Source: Octopus vulgaris
Taxonomy: Eukaryota
Direction of reading: 5' to 3'
DNA length: 64,000 nt
NCBI GenBank assembly: GCA_951406725.2
Contig: OX597817.1
Coordinates: forward strand, 68,324,001-68,388,000
In this document: piece by piece, positions 1 through 12,284 of the stretch
Numbering within the stretch: position 1 is the first letter of the stretch
Layout: each line of letters starts with the position of its first letter
Program-made: the position numbers and the translations under genes
Notes under the pieces: generated by a model
What the model was told of the DNA's origin: nothing
The model's database searches: none
Seen by the model: only the letters and a program-made list of their open reading frames with translations

Positions 1-504
1 ACATCCATACACTTTGATGCATTATTCACTTACATGTTAGAAGGAATATTTGTACACCGTCTTCTCCGCTTTCATTCTGACGAATTTTAAGCATGTTTCT
101 GTTTTTGTGAATGGATTAAATCTCTCTTAAAAGATACATGCACGATGACAGATTTATTAGTATTTCCGATGAAACGAATGTTAGCGCACACATATCCTTT
201 AACATCACCATTTTCTATTCAGATTCCAATAACTATTTGATTAATTTTTCTCATTCTAACTATATAGTAATTTTTTGAAACGTAAATTACATTTTCAATG
301 ATTCTAACTCATACATTAATGTAACTATATAATATGTCATAAGTTATTTATTAAAACTACAGGCAAGCAACCATTTTCCCATTATCTTTCCATTATCGTG
401 TTAACAAAGTTACTTTTCCTCCGAATTTTAGAAGTGAAAGAAAATCTAAATAATTTAGCAATATCACGTTTCCATTGTACTTCTTTCTTACTCTCTGACT
501 TGCA

Positions 505-571
<67 letters not shown>

Positions 572-1818
572 CATACACACACACATTCATACATATACGT
601 TTATATTTTATATATACATTCATACATATACGTTTATATGATATATATATATATATATATATATACATCAGACGCACATGTATATGCATGCATGTATCAC
701 TATATATGTGCAAACATACGTACACACAGGCGGTCACTCACACACACACACACGCACGCACACACGCACGCACACACACAAATTTAGAGATCCTGTAAAT
801 CATATATATATATATTTCAAACTGGAGGGCACTTAATATAATGAATATAGGGTAAATTTGTATTTCACACAATTATAGAACTCTATCAATCCATTTTACT
901 GGTTTAGAGGATTTCGATACAGAGTCTAGTGAGTTTGTCTACAAATGTACGTATGTATGTACTATGTAATTATAGAAACCTGTCAGTTATTTTACTATTA
1001 GTCACAAGGATGATCATTGCGTTTGTTTATATAGTGTGGTATATGGTTAACTTGTACAGCCTCTGTAAACTAAGAAATACGATTTGAATGAAGCGCCAAG
1101 GAATTGATTAACTTTTAATTCCATTTATGCTTTGAGCATTCAAGGAAAAAAATTTTAATGCTTTCTTAATCTTGAACTACAAAATGTGTTTAAAGGAGTA
1201 AACATTTGCGAATAAACCACAAAGTTGTAAACTGAACAGTTGAGCATTAAAATTACATTGCATATTTAAAAAAAAACCTTTCTCTAAAAATAAAAAAAGA
1301 ATACAATTTTAATGTAATAAAGGGCATAATAATTTAGAAAACTCCAAACTGTTTCAGTAAGCATTATGAAACAAATAAAAAAAACAATAAAAATCAAAAT
1401 ATACAGAACGACTCCAGATCGTATCGAATGATTTAGAAAGCAAATCTTATAAATTGGAACAAATTCAACAGCCTTAAACGATAAGTGCTGCTCACAAAAA
1501 ATATATATATACAAAAACACATTGTGTATTATATATATTGATATTAAACAGATATAAAATAATGCGCTTTCGTACGCATGTCTTTATATTTTTTCAGTGG
1601 GTTCAATTCGACGGTGGATACAAAAAAAATATATATTAATATACACTATTATATTTTAATTACATAGTATTATAATATATTGAGATATATATCAACTACA
1701 TCTACATATACCCCCACACTCGCGTAAATGGGCATACATGTACAGATGTAGGCATATTTGTATACCCATATATACATATGCACAGATATGCATAAACTAT
1801 ACATATTTATATATTTGT

Positions 1819-1862
<44 letters not shown>

Positions 1863-2269
1863 AAAGTAGATAAATGATACAAGGCACCAATATTTACTGG
1901 AAAATAGCAATCATAATAAATACGACGCTATTGTATAGCTTCACTGCGAATATACTACCAAAGACGCGTGTGTGCAACAAACATGAAAAATATTTGTCTT
2001 ACCTCTAAACGGACAACCAAGAATCGATTAATGCAGGACCGGTGTCTAACTCTTCAAATACGTTTGACAACGTAAATTTGATTAGTCTTCATCAGCTGCA
2101 TTTACCTAGACAAAATATCAAATGTTGCCGCATCTATGCCAGTATACTCGTCTGAGCGCCAAAACGTTAACAGAACGAGAACAGCGAAGAAGTTTCAATG
2201 AAAATAATAATGCAATACAAAATGTATTACTTTCCAGTAAAAGATAGCCCCGTATATATATGTATGTAA

Positions 2270-2590
2270 AAGGAGTTTGATTTTGCTGCCCTCGTCTGCA
2301 CCACTTGTCGGGCTGTTGATTCATCTGGTATTATGCAGAGGAGGATAGCTAGTTCCTTTTTGAAGACCTCTTACTTCCACCTTGTGCAGATTTCTTAACT
2401 TTTGTGGCCGGGCATGGAAGAGCTGTGGACCTTTGAACTCTAGACTATTGCAGTACCTAATCTTGAATTCAGATGGAGTGGATGGTACCTTTGGTACAAT
2501 ACAATGGCGACCAGGTCTGGCATTTGTATAACACTCAATGCCGAAGTTAGGTACTAGCCCTTCTAGGATTTTCCATATGTATATTATTGA
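2270..2590 (-). mobile_element. CR1-group LINE 3' fragment (end of ORF2)
   Basis: Minus-strand translation IIYIWKILEGLVPNFGIECYTNARPGRHCIVPK...CNSLEFKGPQLFHARPQKLRNL..., then frameshifted ...IPDESTARQVVQTRAAKSNS; matches the C-terminal motifs of CR1-like LINE ORF2. 5' side abuts (TATC)n. Confidence 0.75.
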
Positions 2591-2592
2591 AT

Positions 2593-2708
<116 letters not shown>

Positions 2709-3025
2709 GTATATATTAAACTTTTAATACTTTTTGATAGTTATATTAAAAATAAAAAAATTAAAATAAATAAATGAATAAATAAAATAATAATAAAAAA
2801 ATATATATATATATATATTTAAAATTTATAAGTTTAAATTATTCATTTAAATAATTTTTAAAATTTTAGATATTTTAATTTGGAATTTTATATTTTATAT
2901 TTTTTATATATTTTATTAATTAATTTTATTTCTATGTATTGGCTTATGATTTTCACTGTTTGATTTGCCTAATAGTGGTTTTATCTCTAATTTAATATAA
3001 CATAATATATATATATATATACATA

Positions 3026-3240
3026 TCGCCATGATAGATCGTTAGCCACTACACACATTTTTCTCTCCTTTTTTTCTCTCCTTGTTTCTCTCCTTGTTTT
3101 TTTCTGTGTCCCTTTCTGTAGAAGAGCGTAGGCTCGAAACGTAAGAGACTTTTTCTATTCCTGAGCGTTATACTAATACATCTGTTTGTTTTGTACACCA
3201 CCGTCTTCGGTCTTTTGTTTTTTTTATAAACTCTCCCTAT
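3026..3240 (+). mobile_element. Short non-coding repeat with minimal hammerhead motif (Penelope-tail/retrozyme-like), copy 1
   Basis: Homologous to 7042-7232(-) and 16745-16935(+); contains CTTT-CTGTAGA-A-GAGC-GTAG-GCTC-GAAA-CGTA-AGAG at 3112-3147; flanked by (TA)n. Confidence 0.75.
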
Positions 3241-3297
3241 ATATATGTATATATATATGTTTTATATATATAACATTTATATTTATATATATACATA

Positions 3298-3371
<74 letters not shown>

Positions 3372-3552
3372 TATAGGTAGATTTAAATATATACATGTAT
3401 AGGTACATTTAAATTCGAAATGCGTCTGTGGTTAACCGAAGTCGCCTGGATTCATCATTTTTCTTTTTACATACATAAAAAAGTGTGTTTTTGTCTCGGA
3501 GATTTTTATCGTAGTTGAAAAGGCATTATAAATTATTGCAATTATATATAAC

Positions 3553-3623
<71 letters not shown>

Positions 3624-4094
3624 CTACACGATTTTAATTTCTCGGCCGAAAAATACGAATCGCAGAAGATGCTCAGATAAGAAGTTTTGTCTTTTCAACC
3701 TCGTTCATCTACTCTTCTATTTCTGCGCAGATCATAAACTCCTTATTAGTTCTTTTCATTATTCTGTCTATTTCATTACCATGTATCATGTAAATATAGT
3801 TTTAATAGTTTTGTCTTCCTCGTTGTTGCCTTTAACCGCAAATTATTCATTCATTCATCTATTAAAGTTTAACACGCTGCAAAGATTAGCTGAACGAAAA
3901 CTCTCAGATTTTTCAATTCTATTTTACTTTTATCAACATTTGCTGTCTCGTTAAATTATGCTTCTCAAATTCCATAAGAATACTCTTCTACCGCGTGTCC
4001 TGACCACTCCTTCCTCTCTCTCTCTGTGCCTCACTCTGTCTCTCTCTCTCTCTTTCTCTCTCTGCCTCACTCTGTCTCTATCTCTCTCTCGGCC

Positions 4095-6991
4095 TCGCCA
4101 AGACTTCCTCCTCCACCACTACCACTTCAGGAAACCTGCCAGTCACCTAGTCACCTACCGTTCTGGCAAACACACTAGCCAAATTGACTATATCATCGCC
4201 AGAAAAAGGAAAGATGGCTACCAAAACCTTCCCAGGCGAAGAATGTAACCTACAACATGGACTGGTAGTTAGGATCATGGCTAAGTGAATGCCCAGAAGA
4301 CGACCAGCATGGAGGAGAAGGCGCTGGAAACTTAAAGATCCTGCGAATGAACAGAGATTTATAGACATATTACTCGAAGCTTTCCATGAAATAGAAGATG
4401 ATATAGCTTCACACGATGTAGAAGACAACTGGAGGTTTTTACGGGACAACCTGCTGAGGGCAACTGACCAGATCTGTAGATGGTGCAAAGCCCCCTCTCG
4501 ACCCAAAATAACGGGTTGGTGGAACAATGTTTATTTAGCCAGAGGGGAAACAGGTAAGAAAAGATTTGCCAATGTTCTGCGCCGTGAGGAACAAAAACTT
4601 GAGTTATTTCATGATGCAAGACTGCGTGAGAGAGAATCGTGATGTTGTAGGAGAGAAATGTGTCCGCATCGATGATGGTTCACTTGCACTAAACGAGGCT
4701 GCAAAGAGAAAGGTTTAGAGACGCCACTATGAAAGGTTGCTCAATAAAGAAAATCAATGGGAAAAAGAGAGCCTGCCGAATGTCGACCCAACAGAGGGAC
4801 CAGTTATCCGAGTTGACAGTACCTTGGTAGATAAAGCAATTAAGAGTATGAAGACAGGGAAAGCCTCCGGCCCATCAGGAATCACTACAGAAATGCTTAA
4901 AATATCTGGCAGTGTCAGCTATAGCCTAGGTCACCTGTATAGTTAGCCAGGTGATACACAAAGGAGTCATACCCAATGACTGGTGTAGCAGCACCATAGT
5001 CAACTGTTACAAAGGTAAAGGTGACGCTTTAGATACAAATAATTACAGAGGTATCAAGTTGTTGGATCAGGTAATGAAGGTCACGGAGAGGGTCATAGCC
5101 CAACTAATTAGGAAGAGAGTCAGTTTAGATGAGATGTAGTTTTTGTTCGTGCCAGGGAAAAGCACCACTGATGCTATATTTCGGGTTAGACAGCTGCAGG
5201 AGAAATACCTAGCCAAAGATAAACCTCTGTACCTGTGTTTCGTTGACATGGAGAAAGCCTTTTACAAGGTCCCCCGATCCCTTATCTGGTGGTCAATAAG
5301 AAAACTAGGGATAGATGAATGGTTAGTGAGAGGTGTGCAAGTCATGTACAGGGACGCTGTCAGTAAGGTGAGGATTGGCAACGAGTGCAGTGAAGAATTC
5401 TGGGTAGAGGTAGGGGTCCACCAAGGTTCAGTCCTCAGCCCCCTACTATTTATCATAGTCCTCCAGGCAATAGCAGAGGAATTAAAGATAGGATGCCCCT
5501 GGGAGCTCCTCTATGCTGATGACATGGCTCTAATTACTGAGTCACTATCAGAACTAGAGGAGAAGTTTCAGGTGTGGAAACAAGGATTAGAATCGAAGGG
5601 CCTTAGAGTCAACTTGGCTAAGACCAAAGTCTAATAAGTAGGAAGGCAGACAAACTACAAATCCCTTGAGGTAGATGGCCCTGCTCGATCTGTAGAAAAG
5701 GCGTAGGTAGATACTCTATAAGATGTACCCAGTGTAAGCTATGGACACATAAGAGGTGCAGCAATATAAAAAAAAGGCTAACTGGGAAGATAGTTTTTGC
5801 ATGTGGCAGGTGCTCAGGAGCACTAAACACTGAAAATGTGCAGAGAACAACTTCCGCCACATTCCAGGGAGAAAAACTGGAAGTAGTTGATAGCTTCCGT
5901 TATCTAGGTAACCAAGTTAGTTGCGGGGGAGGGTGCACTGAAAGTGTAGCTGCTAGAATAAGAAGAGCCTGAGCAAAGTTCAGAGAGCTCTTACCTCTGC
6001 TGGTGACAAAGGGCCTCTCGCTCAGAGTAAAAGGTAGGCTGTATGACGCTTGTGTACGAACAGCCATGCTACATGGCAGCGAAACATGGGCTGTGACTAC
6101 TGAAGACATGCGTAAGCTTTCAAGGAATGAAACCAGTATGCTCCGATGGATGTGTAATGTCAGTGTGCATACTCAACAGAGTGTAAGTACCTTGAGAGAA
6201 AAGTTGGACCTAAGAAGCATCAGATGTAGTGTGCAAGAGAGACGACTGCTCTGGTATGGTCATGTGGAAAGAATGGATGAAGCTAGCTGTGTGAAAAAGT
6301 GCCACACCCTAGCGGGTGAGGGAGTCTATGGAAGAGTAAGACCCAGGAAGACCTGAGATGAGGTGGTGAAGCACGACCTTCGAACATTGGGCCTCACCGA
6401 GGCAATGACTAGTGGCCGAGACCTTCAGAAATATGCTGTGCTTGAGAAGACCCGGCAAGCCTATGCCAGAGGTGTAACGAGCCAACTTATACGTGCCTTT
6501 CCTTCATGGGACACTAAACTCTGCTTGCGAAGACCTGTTGAGACAAGTGTAATCGAAATCGAAATCAAATTCGATGACTGGCATCCGTGCAAGTGGAGCA
6601 CTAAGAGCACCATCCGAGCGTGATCGTTGCTAGAGCAGCTGACTGGCTTCCGTGCCGGTGGCAGGTAAAAAGCACCATTCGAGCGTGATCGTTACCAGCG
6701 TCGCCTAATTGGCACGGGAAAAAAACATTTGAGTGAGGTCGTTGCCAGTGCTGCTGGACTGGCTCCTGTGCAGATGACACGTAAAAAAAAAAAACAATAT
6801 TTGAGCGTTGCCGTTGCCAGTACCGGCTGACTGGCCCTCGTGCTGGTGGCGTTAGGAGTGGTTGGCGTTAGGAAGGGCATCCAGCTGTAGAAACTTTGCC
6901 AGATCAGAGTGGAGCCTGGTGCAGCCATCTGGTTCGCAAGTCCTCAGTCAAATCGTCCAACCCCTGCTAGCATGGAAAGCGGACGTTAAAC

Positions 6992-7024
<33 letters not shown>

Positions 7025-7030
7025 AATGAT
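4095..7030 (+). mobile_element. RTE-clade LINE, 5'-truncated, pseudogenised (APE C-terminus, RT, PHD insert, 3' UTR, (GAT)n tail)
   Basis: FRKPASHLVTYRSGKHTSQIDYI (APE end); NNYRGIKLLDQ, FVDMEKAF, GVHQGSVLSPLLF, LLYADD (~5506-5523), FRYLG; RLLWYGHVERM; several stops and frameshifts; ends GGACGTTAAAC(GAT)n at ~6981-7030. Confidence 0.95.
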
Positions 7031-7041
7031 GGTATATATAT

Positions 7042-7232
7042 AGTTGAAAGTTTACAGAAAAACAAAAAAACGAAGACATGTGTATAAACAATAGGCAGGT
7101 GTATTAATTTGACGCTCAGGAAGGTGAGAAAGTCTTTTACGTTTCGAGCCTACGCTCTTCAACAGAAAGGAACACAAGAAAATAAACAGAGAGAAAGAAA
7201 ACTCTTTTGGAGTTAGCGTTCAGTCATGGCGC
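7042..7232 (-). mobile_element. Short non-coding repeat with minimal hammerhead motif, copy 2
   Basis: Reverse complement reads CGCCATGA...CTTT-CTGTTGA-A-GAGC-GTAG-GCTC-GAAA-CGTA-AAAG (7169-7134)...CCTGAGCGTC, as in 3026-3240. Confidence 0.75.
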
Positions 7233-7336
7233 TATATATATGTGTGTGTGTGGGTCCGGTCATACAGTGACCAATGGTTTCGCATCCATAAAGCGCTAAG
7301 CACACGCACACACACACACACACACAACACACACAC

Positions 7337-7381
<45 letters not shown>

Positions 7382-7399
7382 CAATATATACACCAATGT

Positions 7400-7605
7400 G
7401 TGCTTTTCTTTGTGCCAGTATTTGCTCCCCGCTACCACCACCACCACCACCTCGCGTGACACCTGGTGTTGGCGGGTTGCGTCTCGTAAACTAGCGCTTC
7501 GACAAAAGGGAACGATAGAATAACTACCAGGCTTTTAAAAAATTACTGGAGTCGATTCATTCGACTACGGCTGCAATCTAATAACTGAAACACGTAAACA
7601 ATATA
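7400..7605 (+). mobile_element. Degenerate 3' half of tRNA-SINE family 1
   Basis: Matches the 3' half of 52855-53275 (GATAGAATAA.TACCAGGCTT...GTCGATT..TTCGACTA...ACTGAAACA). Confidence 0.65.
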
Positions 7606-8255
7606 GCTAAGATAAAAACTCGCTATTTTTCTCATAGAATTTTCTATTATCGCCGAAACAATTTTAATTTACCACCAAAACAAGCTTCTTAGTTTTCGCT
7701 GTATAAATAAATATTCAAAGGAAAAATTTTCTCTACTTGCTGAATAAGCCGTAAGGCAAATCCGTATTGAAATCTAATTCTACTTGTGCGTACGTGTGTT
7801 TTTATGAGTGTACGCACACATGTGTGTGTGTGTTTGTGTGCGTATGTGTGTGTGTATATATGTGTTTGTTTGCGTATGTGAATGTGTGTGTATGTGTGAT
7901 TATATGAGGGATGGCACCAGTATGCTATTCGGATAACCAAAGTTCAAATGAGTGCTTGATACACTTACACGTTTTGGATAATGTGGATATTAGTATTAGC
8001 AGTCAATTAAGGAATATGAGTGTATCCGTAAGACAGTTTGTTAACAAATGTATGAAACATGAAACGCACGCACACACACATATACAACTTTATATTTACT
8101 TATGATTGTATATATGTGTAGACTAATTGAAGTAGCTATGCATATATATATTTCCTGCTTGTTTTAGGTTTGCAAGATTCTTTATGTGAATTCGTGTGTT
8201 GAATCATATTTTATTGTGTCTGGGGAGAGTCATTCTCTTTTAGTGCCTTATTACT

Positions 8256-8406
8256 TAACACACTCACCGTTAACATTTCCACTCATTTACTTATTTACTT
8301 TTTCTAAAATGTTCGTTGCGTCTTGCAAACTTTTCAATAGTCGCAACGAAAGTTTTAGAAAAAATAAAAAAGTAAATGAATGAAAATCGAACCGGTGAGT
8401 GTGTTA
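8256..8406. repeat. Imperfect inverted repeat (~70-bp arms)
   Basis: TAACACACTCACCG...TTTTTCTAAAATGTTCGTTGCG pairs with CGCAACGAAAGTTTTAGAAAAA...CGGTGAGTGTGTTA. Confidence 0.85.
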
Positions 8407-8421
8407 TATATGTATATATAT

Positions 8422-8472
<51 letters not shown>

Positions 8473-8518
8473 AAACTATATACACACACACACATATAAA
8501 ACTATACACACACACAAA

Positions 8519-9345
8519 CATGGTGCGTCCAAAATGTATCCAACTTTATTTTTTTCCACCAAAAACAATGCTTAGGGTAGGAGATGGCGCCACCCTTCTT
8601 GTGCATGCGTGAAAATATTCGCATTGGTAGGCCGCGTCAGTTGCCGGCTGTGACCGCCTTGAGTAGTGCGCGTTCGTCGGATTTTCATTTTCATGCAAGA
8701 TAACTGAAAACATCGAGCAGAGACCACAAACCCATGTCTCATCACCAGTGACTTTATGAAGTCTGGATCATGGTTGTTTGCACAGTCCAGTATGTACTGA
8801 ACGATTTCCTTGCAGAGTTGCTTCTGCTGCTTCGACAGCACCTTATCGACGAATTTCGCCGACGCTCTCCGCATGCACAAATCATCCGTTAAAATGAAAT
8901 ACACCTATCCTGTACGTGTTCTCACTTCGTGAGCAATTTTCTTGTGTGCTACATGATGGTTTTCCATGACTGTTCACGAACCTTTTCAATCTGCTCCTCG
9001 TTTCGGCTTGTGGATAGCCTGCTTGATCGTACCACGTTCTCCACTGAGGTGCAGCCATGATTGAAGTAATTTTAGCATTTCTTGATCTGAGTTTTGCTCA
9101 TGGCATCATCGCGAAAGAGCTGCTGAATCTTCTGCATAGTTTGAGCTTGAGTATCACCAAGCTTTGGGCAAAACTGGATGCAATATTTCTGCTCGATGCG
9201 TTCAGTGAAAGCGAAAATTCGACGAGCGGGCACTACACGTCATTACTCTCGGCGTAATTGCCAAGAACTGATGCGCCACAGCGGTTCGAAAATTTACACA
9301 CATGTTCAGGAAGGATAGCGTCACCTCCCACTAATAGAATTTTGC
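8519..9345 (-). mobile_element. Deleted mariner-type transposon carrying an inverted second 5' end
   Basis: Minus ORF 8572-8904 ILTDDLCMRRASAKFVDKVLSKQQKQL (mariner WVP-equivalent linker); TIR-like GGTGCGTCCAAAATGTATCCAAC at 8522; 8575-8723 is homologous in inverted orientation to 9187-9340. Confidence 0.8.
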
Positions 9346-9904
9346 TCACACACTACACACACACATAGAGAGACACACACATGTATATATATATATGTAA
9401 TCCTCTTGAATCCACATCCCTCTTCCTTCCCCCCAACTTCCACACTGTCTCTTAAAATAGCAAATATCCTTTAGCTACACATAAAACAAAATGCTACAAA
9501 GACAGGTCAGTTATTCCTCTACAATTTTTGTAGATTCTTAAATATATCTCCTTTGTGTATATATATATATATATATATACATATATATACTACCAAAAAA
9601 CATGATTGTTTTTGAACTCAAAATGCTTTTTGGAGTCCCGTTCTCATTACTTTGTTAAATACATTCTTGTAAACTGTTTTTAACATTTTCTTATTATTAT
9701 CAAATAATGTATATCTGTATTTTAATACTTTTGTGATAACCAGTAACTAACACAACAAAGCTCAGACAAACCTTTACATTTTACTTTTGACAATCATTTT
9801 CTTAAAAAGTGAAGCCGGTCAAGTGAATAAACAGCTTTAATATTGCATTTTCAAACCTTCTTTCATATGTATTTCAACTCCTGCGATATTTTACAACTTT
9901 ACTT

Positions 9905-9987
<83 letters not shown>

Positions 9988-10464
9988 TTGTGTCTGACGA
10001 CGACCACGACCACTATCACCATCACCACCACTTGACAACCGGTGTTGCTTTGTTTACGTAACCATAAGTTAGGTGTTCAGCATAAAGAGGCCGACACAAT
10101 AAGTAGCAGACTTAAAACATTGAGTACTGGGGTCAATTTGTTCGACTAAATATTTCGAGCTGGTGCACTCGCATAGCTGCAGTGAAATGACTTAAGAAAA
10201 AAGTATTGTTGGTCGTCTTGTTACTTAAACTTGGTTGCAATTTCGTAAGAAATAGTTCTATCAAAGAATCTCACTCTCTACTTCTATGGAATTTGAAGAA
10301 ATATTACTGAGGGCAAAGAACATTCTTTGCAACTTAACAGTTCCTACGTCTTGTAACTCCAAACATTTTCGCATTTTAATCTCTTTGACAATGTTTGTTT
10401 GATTATTGATATGATAGAATACGCTTTTGATTGGTATGGACGTTTATGCTGATGTCTTCAATTA

Positions 10465-12284
10465 CACAACGTAGCAATTTTCAAAAAAAAAAATTGTTTA
10501 TTGTATTTTTTTTATTGTTTATCAATCCATTTTTTCTGCTGATTCCAAAAATGAAATTATTTTTTGTGTATCATCAACAGTTAAAAAATATGTCGACTTT
10601 CAATGTTATTATATATTCGGTATTGTTATAATGTTCTACTACTAAATGTATGTCTAATTTTCTCTTTCAGACCAGTTACTAAGTTCTGCTACTTTCAGGA
10701 TGGCTACTAGAGTATATAAAAATTCTCCAGATACATTTTGCAATGTGTGTGGTTATTATATTGGAAAAAAGCAGGTATTACATAAGATCGTGAAAGATTC
10801 CAAATTGTGAGTAGCGTACAGACTCTATTTCGGAATGCCCATGGGTGACCAGGACAAACAACGAGTCCCACATGTGATACGTGGAAGCTGTCGATCTACT
10901 CTAGAAGGATGGTTAAGAGGTACAGGAAGGTCAATGCCATTTGCCATTCCAAGTGTATGGAGAGAGCCAAAGAACCATCACGATGACTGTTACTTTTGTA
11001 TGATCGACACGACAAAGTACAGAAAAATGAAAGGAAGACAAGCTCTTCAGTATCCAGACATACCATCATCTAGAACACCTGTCCAAAAATGATGACAGCT
11101 TACGAGTACGACTATTACCAGAATATATTTCATCTGAAGAGTCAACAAGCAGCAGCAGCCAAGAAATGGAGGAAGCTTTCGTACCAAGAACGACTTCGGA
11201 GCCTCACTTTCCAAATCAGAGTGAGTTAGATGATTTAATCAGGGATCTGGGACTTACTAAGTCAGAAGCTGAACTTCTTTAATCAAGATTGAAGGAATGG
11301 AATCTGCTGGGGGAAGACTGCAAGTATTCATGTTTCCTTTGCTTATGGGACAGCAGAGCTGATGATGATCATTCTCAGAGAGTACATTGGCCCCTACGAG
11401 TGGAACTGCAGCCAGGAATGTTAAATGTTCTCAAACAGTCTCAACAAAATCTTATTATCTCCACTTCATATCAAACTCGGATTGGTAAAACAGCTTGTGA
11501 AGGCCTTAGATTTTAGAGGAGAAGCTTTTCAAGAAATTTGTCTTATGTTTCCATAGCTGAGGCTAAGATCAAGAGTAGCATATTTGTTGGGCCTCAAGTA
11601 AATGCAATGTTAAGGTCGAAGAAACTGTAAAGAGCGATGACAAAAGTTGAAAAAGGACCTTGATGTGCATTTCGTGATGTAGTTCGTGGATTCCTAGGAA
11701 ATCACAAGGATCCTAATTACAAACAGCTGGTAGCAAAGCTTATTGAAAACTTCAAGAAAATGGGTTGTCGTATGTCCTTAAAGGTTCATCTTTTGCACTC
11801 TCACTTTGGGTGATGTCAGTGAGGAGCATGGTGAGAGATTTCATCAGGACATCGCAACTATGGAAAGAAGATACCAAGTGCGATGGGATACTGCTATGAT
11901 GGGAGATTATATAAGGTCTCTAGAGAGAAGACATGATGGAATACACTTCCGAAAATCTCGATCGTCAAAACCCTTCTCGTCTTAAGAAAAGAGTCATCAA
12001 GGCATTTACAGTGCAGAGATTTATTGTTTCTTTTTGTTCTAACTAATATTATTCTAACTAAAATTACTAAATGTTGTGTAATTATCCTTACAATACTAGA
12101 ATAAATTGAACCAACAAAATGCTGTAGAGAAAAGTTACAAATATAACGAGCAAATATGAAATTAGGAATAAATAAATAACTATCGATGTTATCTCAAAAC
12201 GAATGTGATTTTTGAATTTAGTGGCAAAAAAATGCATATATGAACATTAAAAATACAAATAAACAAAACATGTGTTACATTGTG
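10465..12284 (+). mobile_element. Chapaev3-type (CMC) DNA transposon, internally deleted
   Basis: TIRs CACAACGTAGCA / rc CACAATGTAACA; 3-bp TTA TSD (10462-64, 12285-87); transposase remnants SPDTFCNVCG, YFGMPMGDQDK, MPFAIPSVWREPKNHHDDCYFC, CFLCLWDSRA, MSLKVHLLHSH, SEEHGERFHQDIATMERRYQ; central segment missing. Confidence 0.88.

Noticed and set aside
27-300. Minus-strand reading frame near a GTAAGT donor-like site
   Set aside because: Stops interrupt the frame and no recognisable domain or acceptor is present.
1560-1615. CTGAAAA...GAAAGCGC hammerhead-like motif on minus
   Set aside because: G8 missing; stems I and II do not pair convincingly.
2003-2105. AG/GT-bounded minus-strand exon candidate
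   Set aside because: Stop codons in all three frames; overlaps a repeat-like hammerhead relic.
6641-6700. Resemblance of the RTE 3' UTR unit to a pistol ribozyme or CRISPR repeat
   Set aside because: No P2/P3 or GU cleavage junction in the pistol arrangement; units are degenerate tandem copies without unique spacers, in a eukaryotic LINE with no cas genes.
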